The translations under genes and the position numbers were made by a program. Below are positions 47,399-54,997 of a stretch of DNA of 64,000 nucleotides, piece by piece (position 1 is the stretch's first letter; each line of letters begins with the position of its first letter). The notes under the pieces were generated by a model. That model was not told where the DNA came from. It did not search any database and saw only the letters and a program-made list of their open reading frames with translations. Source of the stretch: an uncultured Gemmatimonadales bacterium (lineage in GTDB: Bacteria > Gemmatimonadota > Gemmatimonadetes > Gemmatimonadales > Gemmatimonadaceae); the NCBI GenBank assembly GCA_963707505.1, contig CAVPQB010000004.1, forward strand, positions 512,001 through 576,000, given 5' to 3'.

Positions 47399-48352
47399 TC
47401 AATCCACCCTGGGATGCGCGGCGAAGAAGGTCCACATCACGTCGGTGGCGACGATGTCGGAGTCGTCGCGGCCGGGAAAGGTGTACCACGGGATGTCATC
47501 GCCGGGCCAGCGATGTGCGCCGTCCAGAATCGTATAGAGCTCGACGGCGGTTCCCTGGGCGCACGGATGATACGCATCGATGATGACGTTCCTGTCGGCG
47601 GAAACGGTGCGCGAGGCTGGTGTCGCGTTGCAATGGTCGGCGTTGAGCCAGAAGCCGATGGTGTTCCTGACCGACACGATGTTGTCGGGTCCGTCGGATT
47701 CGGGGCCGCCGCGGTACGGCACGTCCTGGTCCTGCATTCCATGAAAGTGAATCACCGACACGGGATGCGATGGCGGTGCGATGCGCAACGTATCGCCTTT
47801 TTCATCAACCATCCCAATCGAGCCGGCGGTCACGCCAACTGCGGCAAGCTTGTCGGACAGCGTCGACGCGAGACGATAGGTCATGATGCCGCCATTGGAA
47901 TGTCCTGCTGCGTAGATGCGGCGGCGATCGATGCGGTACCTGTGCTCGAGCAAATCGATTATCCCGCGCACGAACCGGATGTCGTCACGCTTGGACGGGC
48001 CGTCTATCGCGGTGTGCCAGTCGCTGGGATCGCCGAGTGCCTGGGGGTAGACGGCGATGAAACCTTCGGCGTCTGCCTTGTCGCTCATGCCCGTGTACTT
48101 CTCGAAGTTCTCGGCGCTCTCGCCGTGCCCGTGCAACACGATGACGAGGGGTGCTCTACGTATGGTGTCGTAGTGTGCCGGTATGTGCAGCAGGTACGTG
48201 CGCAACTCTCCAGCGACGTACATCTTCTGCTCTGATGTAACGCCGGGCGGCTCGCTGCTGATCGTGTTGTGTGTGCACGCCTGCGTTGTGAGCAAGGCGA
48301 ATGCTGCGGAGAGGAGAACTGCTGGAAGAAGCGCGGCGCGATTGATCAACAT
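47399..48352 (-). CDS. LpqC / PHB-depolymerase-family esterase, predicted lipoprotein
   Basis: LVIVLHG, VYPQ, DD-x-x-F, GHSNGG nucleophile elbow, HG-x-x-D and H-x-WPG. Confidence 0.87.
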   Translation of the reverse strand: MLINRAALLPAVLLSAAFALLTTQACTHNTISSEPPGVTSEQKMYVAGELRTYLLHIPAHYDTIRRAPLVIVLHGHGESAENFEKYTGMSDKADAEGFIAVYPQALGDPSDWHTAIDGPSKRDDIRFVRGIIDLLEHRYRIDRRRIYAAGHSNGGIMTYRLASTLSDKLAAVGVTAGSIGMVDEKGDTLRIAPPSHPVSVIHFHGMQDQDVPYRGGPESDGPDNIVSVRNTIGFWLNADHCNATPASRTVSADRNVIIDAYHPCAQGTAVELYTILDGAHRWPGDDIPWYTFPGRDDSDIVATDVMWTFFAAHPRVD

Positions 48353-48396
48353 CTCAATAGCATCTCGACAGCATCTCGACGTCGCATTTTTTCAGG

Positions 48397-48885
48397 TCAC
48401 GGAAGTGTGAACGCTACGCGTCTTTCGATTGGATGCGTGTCGGTGGCGAGCAGTGCGACGGCGGTGTATGCACCGTGTGCGCCGTTGGTGTCCCAACTGT
48501 CTTCCATGGTAAGCGTGTCACTCGACTTGACGGTGAGCGCCTGCATCGTCTGAGTGAAGATTCTTCCGGCGCTCGCGCGCCAGATCGTCTTGCCGGTGGA
48601 ATCAAGAACCGCGATGTCGTGTGTACGCGCATTGGGGAAGCGCAACTCGACGGTCTTCTTGGTGTTGTTGGTTACGCGCAGTGCGAAATCGACGCGTGAT
48701 CCGTTGCGCGCGAGATCGAGCTCGGTTGCAACTTCTGCTGGCGCTTTATGACCCTGCGATGCGCGAAACGACCTGTTCGAGGGTGTAACCGTGCTCGAGC
48801 TTGCAGTTTGTGAGTGCACCCATGGTCCGCACGCGTAAACGAGCGCGGCAGCGCAAAGGGATGTGATGATGAAGCGGTTTTCCAT
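48397..48885 (-). CDS. BsuPI (intracellular proteinase inhibitor)-like Ig-fold lipoprotein
   Basis: LVYAC lipobox-like; V-x-N..L-x-F..D..G-x-x-IW...FTQ pattern. Confidence 0.7.
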   Translation of the reverse strand: MENRFIITSLCAAALVYACGPWVHSQTASSSTVTPSNRSFRASQGHKAPAEVATELDLARNGSRVDFALRVTNNTKKTVELRFPNARTHDIAVLDSTGKTIWRASAGRIFTQTMQALTVKSSDTLTMEDSWDTNGAHGAYTAVALLATDTHPIERRVAFTLP

Positions 48886-49117
48886 GCTAGAAGCGACGCT
48901 GGAAGGCGGTTGTCGGACGGTCGTCGCGAGTGCCAAAGTTATCAACGGATAGACGATGGAGCAAGCGCTCGGCAACAGATAACTGCATGGAGTATCGGCA
49001 GTTAGGCTGGGATCACAAATCGGGATTTGGGGAGGGTGGATGTTAAACATCTGGTGAGCGCATATATAGGCCATACCGCTTGAACTTTTTTTCACAAGCG
49101 CGTTAAATTTCAGGCAC

Positions 49118-49360
49118 GTGGGGGACAAGGGGAGTGCGCCATCGGCGTCGGATTTCGCCGGAATCGGGCTTCAGTTCGCGGCCTCTGTGCTTCTCTTCGG
49201 CTACGCCGGCCAGTGGCTGGACGGGCGCTTCGGGACGGGGCCGTGGCTCCTTATAATCGGTGTTTTCCTGGGCGCGGGCGGGGCTTTCTACAGCATGTAT
49301 CGCAAGCTCATGGCGTCGCAGGAAGATCGGGGCAACGGAACGCGGGGCGGCGGATCATGA
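49118..49360 (+). CDS. AtpZ/AtpI-family (gene 1) protein
   Basis: G-x-WLD-x-x-FGT-x-PW with two TMs; first gene of the atp cluster. Confidence 0.85.
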   Translation: MGDKGSAPSASDFAGIGLQFAASVLLFGYAGQWLDGRFGTGPWLLIIGVFLGAGGAFYSMYRKLMASQEDRGNGTRGGGS

Positions 49361-49370
49361 GGCTCGCTTC

Positions 49371-49640
49371 ATGACCGGCGAGATGAGTCGGGCGATCTGG
49401 ACCTCGGTTGGCGTTGCTGTGGTGGTGCAGGTGCTCGCGGTACTGATTGGACGGTCGTTCGGAAAGGATCGGCTGCTGGTTGGATGGGGGATGGGCGCGC
49501 TGCTCCGGCTTCTTGCGGTGCTGGTGTACGGCTTCGCGATAATCCCGGCCCTCGGTCTTCAAATGGCGCCCGCGCTGTTGTCTCTGGTGGTGATTCTGTT
49601 CGTCACGACGCTCTTCGAACCCTTCTTGCTTACCAAATAG
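49371..49640 (+). CDS. AtpI-like membrane protein (5' end uncertain)
   Basis: Three hydrophobic helices, abutting atpB. Confidence 0.6.
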   Translation: MTGEMSRAIWTSVGVAVVVQVLAVLIGRSFGKDRLLVGWGMGALLRLLAVLVYGFAIIPALGLQMAPALLSLVVILFVTTLFEPFLLTK

Positions 49641-50498
49641 ATGCTGCAAGCCGGTCCTGCAATCGACATCATCACGCCCCACATCACGGACGCACACGCG
49701 ATCGACTATCCGTGCCTGCATCCGGGCTTCGTGTGTGAGCTGGCGCTGCCGCGTTGGACGCCGATCCATATCGGACCGCTCGTCATCGATATGTCGCCGA
49801 CCAAGCACGTGGTGTGGCTCGGGATCGCGGCGGTGCTCTGCCTCATCACCATGCTGATGGCGGCGCGGGCACATGCGAGGACGACTTTCGGCGGCACTCG
49901 GGCGCCGTCTGGGTTCGGGAATGGGATGGAGGCTTTCGTGCTGTTCCTCCGGAACGAGGTAGTGATCCCGAACGTGGGCCCCAAGGGCGACAAGTTCACG
50001 CCGTTCATCCTCACGCTGTTCTTCTTCATCCTGTTCGCGAATCTGTGTGGTCTGATCCCCTATGGCTCCACGGCGACGGGTAACATCGGTGTTACGGCGA
50101 CGCTCGCGGTGATCACGTTCGTCGTCGTCGAGATCGCGGGAATGCGGGAGCAGGGTGCGGCCTACATCAACACGATCGTGTACTGGCCGCACGACGTGCC
50201 GGTGCCGGTCAAGTCGTTCATGACGTTCATCATGACGCCGGTCGAGATCGTCGGGAAGTTCACCAAGCCGTTCGCGCTGGCGATCCGACTTTTCGCGAAC
50301 ATGACCGCGGGTCACGTCGTGTTGCTGGCGCTGATCGGATTGATCTTCACGTTCAAGAGCTACATAGTCGCACCCGCTCCGCTGGCGATGGCGGTTGCGA
50401 TCTCGTTGCTGGAGATATTCGTGTCGCTGTTGCAGGCGTTCATCTTCGCGCTGTTGTCGGCGGTGTTCATCGGACAGATCCGGACGGCGGCGCATTAA
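49641..50498 (+). CDS. atpB: F0F1 ATP synthase subunit a
   Basis: KPFALAIRLFANMTAGH and LLQAFIF. Confidence 0.96.
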   Translation: MLQAGPAIDIITPHITDAHAIDYPCLHPGFVCELALPRWTPIHIGPLVIDMSPTKHVVWLGIAAVLCLITMLMAARAHARTTFGGTRAPSGFGNGMEAFVLFLRNEVVIPNVGPKGDKFTPFILTLFFFILFANLCGLIPYGSTATGNIGVTATLAVITFVVVEIAGMREQGAAYINTIVYWPHDVPVPVKSFMTFIMTPVEIVGKFTKPFALAIRLFANMTAGHVVLLALIGLIFTFKSYIVAPAPLAMAVAISLLEIFVSLLQAFIFALLSAVFIGQIRTAAH

Positions 50499-50499
50499 A

Positions 50500-50523
50500 G
50501 GCGCGGACGAATCCGCGCCCTAC
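50500..50523. repeat. GTAG-type REP (family A)
   Basis: Reverse complement is GTAG-GGCGCGGA-TTCG-TCCGCGCC. Confidence 0.7.
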
Positions 50524-50544
50524 GATTGGAATGGTTGATAGACG

Positions 50545-50571
50545 ATGGATTCCCGCGTTCGCGGGAATGAC
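50545..50571. repeat. dRS3-like palindrome (family C)
   Basis: ATGGATTCCCGCGTTCGCGGGAATGAC. Confidence 0.72.
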
Positions 50572-50690
50572 GAGATAGTTGTACCGGGCTCGACCCGGGA
50601 ATCCCGTTGGGACCTGGTCCCGTTGACGGGTTGCGCCATGCCGGAGCGCGTTGAGAATCCGGTCATACGATTCATTCGGAGCTGGTTCAA

Positions 50691-50969
50691 ATGATGTTTC
50701 CTCTGCTTCAGGCAGCGGTTGGCGCGACCAAGGAATACGCGGGCGCGTGGGGCATGATGGGTGCTGGTATCGGCGCGGGCCTGGCCGTCATCGGTGCAGG
50801 CATCGGTATCGGCAAGGTTGGTGGACAGGCGATGGACGGAATGGCGCGTCAGCCGGAGCGTGCAAGCCAGATCCAGACCGCGGCTCTTATCTTCGCGGCG
50901 CTCGTCGAAGGTGTTGCGCTGTTCGCGATCGTTGTCTCGTTCGTGATTCAGCAGAAGTTCACGTTCTAA
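50691..50969 (+). CDS. atpE: F0F1 ATP synthase subunit c
   Basis: GAGIGIG, ARQPE and ion-binding E in ALVEG. Confidence 0.97.
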   Translation: MMFPLLQAAVGATKEYAGAWGMMGAGIGAGLAVIGAGIGIGKVGGQAMDGMARQPERASQIQTAALIFAALVEGVALFAIVVSFVIQQKFTF

Positions 50970-51050
50970 GCTGATCGAGTAGCTGTTTCCCTCTGCGCGA
51001 GTTCCTCGGTGGCGGCCGATTCGAGCCGTCACCGAGTACTCCACTGAATA

Positions 51051-51629
51051 GTGTCACTCATGCATTTTTTCCTTCTGCAGGAATCCGTTCAACACGCGGC
51101 CGAGGCTCCATCGGGCGGCCTGCTCTCGCCCAACGGCGGAGTGATGGTCTGGACGCTTGTGATCTTCATCGTCCTGTTGCTGGTTCTCTCGAAGTACGCG
51201 TTCAAGCCGATCACCAAGGCGGTCGAGGAGCGCGAGAAGGCGCTGTCGGACGCCATCGAAGCGGCTCAGCGCGATCGCGACGACGCGAATCGTCTCCTGC
51301 AGGATCAGCGTGAGCAGATCGCTGCTGCTCGGGACGAGGCGCAGAAGATCATTGCCGACGCGCGTGCCGCGGCGGAGCAGGTGCGCGGCACGATAATCGA
51401 GCATGCGCACGGTGAGACGAACGAGCTGCTGGATCGCGCGCGACGCGAGATCGTCGCTGAGCGTGACCGCGCGATCGCAGATCTGCGTCTCGAGGCGATC
51501 GATCTTGCGATTGCGGGCGCATCGCGCGTCATCGGCAAGAACATGGATGACCAGTCCAACCGTCAACTGGTCGAGAGCTTTCTGGCCTCGATCCCGAACT
51601 CGAAGATCGCTCCCAAGGCGGGGGTCTGA
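51051..51629 (+). CDS. atpF: F0F1 ATP synthase subunit b
   Basis: N-terminal TM (WTLVIF..KP) followed by a long coiled coil. Confidence 0.94.
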   Translation: MSLMHFFLLQESVQHAAEAPSGGLLSPNGGVMVWTLVIFIVLLLVLSKYAFKPITKAVEEREKALSDAIEAAQRDRDDANRLLQDQREQIAAARDEAQKIIADARAAAEQVRGTIIEHAHGETNELLDRARREIVAERDRAIADLRLEAIDLAIAGASRVIGKNMDDQSNRQLVESFLASIPNSKIAPKAGV

Positions 51630-52179
51630 TGCAGGAGCGCTCCAACCCGGTATCGCGTAATTACGCCGAGGCGCTGTTGGCGTTGGCGACGAAGGCGGAG
51701 AACCGGGAAGGGTTTGGAGTCATGATCCGCGACGTCGCGAACGCGATCGCTCAGGATGCGACTGTGAAGCTGTTTCTCGAATCACCGCGCGTGTCGTACG
51801 AGCGCAAGAACGCGATCCTGTCGCGGGCGTTCGGTGATCGCGTGCCGCGTGTATTCCTGCGCTTTCTTCAGACGATGGTGCACAATCGTCGTCAGATGAT
51901 GATTCCGGAAATCGCGACCGAGTATGCGAAGCTGCTGGACCAGCAGGAGGGGCGTGTACACGCTGAAGTCACGCTCGCGCGGCCCGTAAGTGACGAGGAG
52001 ACTGCGAATATCGGTGCGCAGCTTTCGCGCGTTCTGGGCAGCAAGGTCATGCCGCAGCGTATCCGTGGATCCGTCGATCATGGGCGGGATCATCGTCAAG
52101 GTCGGCAACACGGTCATGGACGGCTCGGTGAGCCGCCGCCTGAGCAAGCTGGCGACGCGCATGCGCATTTCCTGCATAG
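51629..52179 (+). CDS. atpH: F0F1 ATP synthase subunit delta (apparent frameshift near 52055)
   Basis: NYAEALL and FLESP in one frame; VDPSIMGGIIVKVG-x-x-VMDGSV continues in another frame. Confidence 0.88.
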
Positions 52180-52185
52180 TTTGCG

Positions 52186-52564
52186 ATGAGCGGCAAGCGC
52201 GAGGTCAGGTATCGTTGAGAAGCCCTGGGGTCACGAGGTGATCTGGGCGCACACACCGCTGTACGTCGGCAAGATCCTGCATATCAAGGCGGGCCAGGCA
52301 TTATCGGTGCAGTATCATGAGCAGAAGGATGAAACGATCTTTCTGCTGAGCGGTGAGATGATCTATCGTGTCGGAAACAATGCCGATGCGGAATTGAAGG
52401 AGATCTCACTCAAGGCGGGGGAGTCGTTCAGGAACGAGCCTGGGACGGTGCATCAGATGGAAGCGGTGACCGATTGCGACGTGCTGGAGGCATCCACACC
52501 GCATCTCGATGATGTGGTAAGATTGAAGGATCGGTACGGGCGAGAGGGGACGAAGGCGCCGTAG
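52186..52564 (+). CDS. Cupin-domain (mannose-6-phosphate isomerase-like) protein; 1-nt frameshift near 52210
   Basis: VEKPWGHE, LSVQYH-x-x-K-x-ET and EASTPHLDDVVRL-x-DRYGR. Confidence 0.85.
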
Positions 52565-52589
52565 AAGAGCAGAGGCGGGTCCCGTGCCA

Positions 52590-52705
52590 GTTGGGGCAGG
52601 CCCCCGGGCCTGCCTTTCGTCGTATAGCCCTCGATCTCCGCGTAGTTTGGTTGTGGGAGATGGATCCTAGTCTTACTGAGGGCAGGCACGGTGGCCTGCC
52701 CGTAC
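52590..52705. repeat. Inverted REP doublet (family B, REPIN/BIME-like)
   Basis: GTTGGGGCAGGCCCCCGGGCCTGCC ... GGGCAGGCACGGTGGCCTGCCCGTAC. Confidence 0.7.
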
Positions 52706-52737
52706 ATTGATCGAGGCGGCCCTTAGGAGATGAGTCA

Positions 52738-53739
52738 TTGAAAGTTATCATACCTCTGGCGGGGAAGGGAACGCGGCTTCGTCCGCATACGTATGTGACG
52801 CCGAAGCCGATGCTGCGCGTCGCGGGCAAGCCGGTGATGGAATACGTTCTCGACGACGTGAAGACGCTGCCGAACGTCGAGCAGATCATCTACATCACGG
52901 GGCATCTCAAGGAAAAGGTCGAGGAGTTCGCGCGCGCATCGACCGACATTCCATCCGCGTTCGTCGAGCAGCGAGTGCAGGACGGCACCGCAGGCGCAGT
53001 CGCGCTCGCGCGGGATTACGTGGACCAGCCGGTGCTGATCATCTTTGTCGACACGATCTTCGACGCCGATCTCTCGATCATCGAGTCGTCCGAGGCCGAT
53101 GGAATAATCTGGACGAAGGAAGTCGAGGATTATCAGCGATTCGGTGTGGTGGTGACGGATGAGTCCGGCTTCATGACGAAGATCGTCGAGAAGCCGACGA
53201 CGCCGATCTCCAAGCGCGCCAACATCGGGCTTTACTACATCAGGAACTGGCAGCTGCTGTACGAAGGGATCGCGAATGTGCTCGAGCAGCAGCCGCACAA
53301 GGGCGAGTGGTATCTCACCGACGCGTTCCAGTACATGATCGATCACGGCGCCAAGATACGTGTGGTCGATGTCGCAGGCTGGTATGATGCCGGGAAGATC
53401 GACACGCTGCTCGAGACCAACCGTGCGATGCTCGAGCGCGGTCGTGCGCGGTCGCCGCAATCGGTCGAGAACTCGACTATCCTGGATCCCGTGTATGTCG
53501 AAACCGGTGTCACGATTCGCAATTCCATCGTGGGACCGAACGTATCGATCGGCGAGGGAACAACGGTCGATGGGTCGACACTGTCCGATACGATCGTCGA
53601 GACGTACTCCAATATAAAGAGCTCGACGCTCACGAATTCGCTGGTGGGGCATCACACCGTCGTCGATGGTGTCTCCGGAGAGATCACGATCGGTGATCAC
53701 TCGGAGGTAAGGGTGAGCCCGCGAGGCGGCCACACCTAG
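52738..53739 (+). CDS. Sugar-phosphate nucleotidyltransferase with left-handed beta-helix C-terminus
   Basis: LAGKGTRLRP, PKP, VEKP and IVGPNVSIG. Confidence 0.9.
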   Translation: MKVIIPLAGKGTRLRPHTYVTPKPMLRVAGKPVMEYVLDDVKTLPNVEQIIYITGHLKEKVEEFARASTDIPSAFVEQRVQDGTAGAVALARDYVDQPVLIIFVDTIFDADLSIIESSEADGIIWTKEVEDYQRFGVVVTDESGFMTKIVEKPTTPISKRANIGLYYIRNWQLLYEGIANVLEQQPHKGEWYLTDAFQYMIDHGAKIRVVDVAGWYDAGKIDTLLETNRAMLERGRARSPQSVENSTILDPVYVETGVTIRNSIVGPNVSIGEGTTVDGSTLSDTIVETYSNIKSSTLTNSLVGHHTVVDGVSGEITIGDHSEVRVSPRGGHT

Positions 53740-53818
53740 TCATGATTTTCCTGGCGACGAGGTACGGGGAGAGCGGCTGCTCTCCTCTTGTCGTTCCTGA
53801 CATGGATGGTGCGAACTG

Positions 53819-54997
53819 ATGGCTGAACGGCAGAAGCTTGGACGCAATGTCATTGCGCTCGGTACGGTGAGTTTCTTCACCGACGTAGCGTCGGAGATGA
53901 TGTATCCACTACTGCCAGTATTTCTTGCGTCCGTACTCGGAGCGAGCGCGAGCTTCATCGGCGTCATCGAGGGCGCAGCGGAGTCCGTCGCGGCGCTGTT
54001 GAAATTGGCGAGCGGCTGGTGGTCTGATCGCGTTCAGTCACGCAAGGGATTGGTGCTCGCCGGCTACGTGATAGCGTCTGTCATACGGCCGTTCACCGCC
54101 GCGACGCACACCGCGGCGCAGGTGTTGGGGATCCGCGTTACCGATCGCATCGGCAAGGGAATACGCTCCACTCCGCGTGATGCTCTGATCGCCGAGTCGG
54201 TCGATCCGTCGATTCGCGGCCGTGCGTTCGGATTTCACGCGGCTGCCGACAATGCCGGTGCGGTGGTCGGGCCGCTCGTCGCATTCGGCGTGTTGTATGA
54301 GTGGCACACGCCGTTGCGTACAGTCTTCTGGCTGACGGCGATTCCGGGCGCGCTCGCGGTGCTGGTGTTGTGGATCTTTGTTCGCGACGTTCCGCATCCG
54401 GTCACGCACGCCGATCGGCCGCACATGTTCGGCGCCGATCTTCCGTCGCGATTCTGGGGTTATCTCGCAGTCGTCTTCACCTTCACGCTGGGCAACTCGA
54501 CCGATGCGTTTCTGCTACTGCGTGCGAGCCAGTTGGGGGTGCCGGTCGCGCTGGCTCCGGTACTCTGGGCGTTGCTCAACTTCATCAAATCGACAACCGG
54601 TACGTATGGCGGCGGCCTGTCTGACAGAATCGGGCGCAAGCCACTGATCATCGGAGGATGGCTGCTGTATGCGGCCGTCTATCTCGCGTTTGGCCTTGCA
54701 CACTCGGCGTGGCAGGCGTGGGTGTTGTTCGCGGTATACGGCGTGTTCTACGGCATGACGGAAGGTACCGAGAAAGCGATGGTGGTGGACATGGTTCCGT
54801 CACAGCGAAAAGGCACTGCACTCGGCTGGTACAATCTTGCGATCGGGATCGGGGCGCTTCCCGCGTCGCTGTTATTCGGTGCCGTGTGGGACCGCGCAGG
54901 CGCACCCGCGGCATTCGCGCTGGGTGCGGCGCTGGCATTCATTGCATCTCTGGGAATCGTGTTCGTGAATCCGATCGTCAGCGCACCGTCGAAGTAG
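53819..54997 (+). CDS. MFS transporter
   Basis: About 12 TMs; SG-x-x-SDR, RIGKGIR-x-x-PRDALI and GGLSDRIGRK. Confidence 0.92.
   Translation: MAERQKLGRNVIALGTVSFFTDVASEMMYPLLPVFLASVLGASASFIGVIEGAAESVAALLKLASGWWSDRVQSRKGLVLAGYVIASVIRPFTAATHTAAQVLGIRVTDRIGKGIRSTPRDALIAESVDPSIRGRAFGFHAAADNAGAVVGPLVAFGVLYEWHTPLRTVFWLTAIPGALAVLVLWIFVRDVPHPVTHADRPHMFGADLPSRFWGYLAVVFTFTLGNSTDAFLLLRASQLGVPVALAPVLWALLNFIKSTTGTYGGGLSDRIGRKPLIIGGWLLYAAVYLAFGLAHSAWQAWVLFAVYGVFYGMTEGTEKAMVVDMVPSQRKGTALGWYNLAIGIGALPASLLFGAVWDRAGAPAAFALGAALAFIASLGIVFVNPIVSAPSK

Noticed and set aside
48918..48936. Sigma54 promoter for the BsuPI-like gene (TTGGCAC on the minus strand)
   Set aside because: Good -24 box but no GC at the -12 position
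52040..52070. Programmed ribosomal frameshift in atpH
   Set aside because: No slippery sequence; a second indel 150 nt away points to sequencing error
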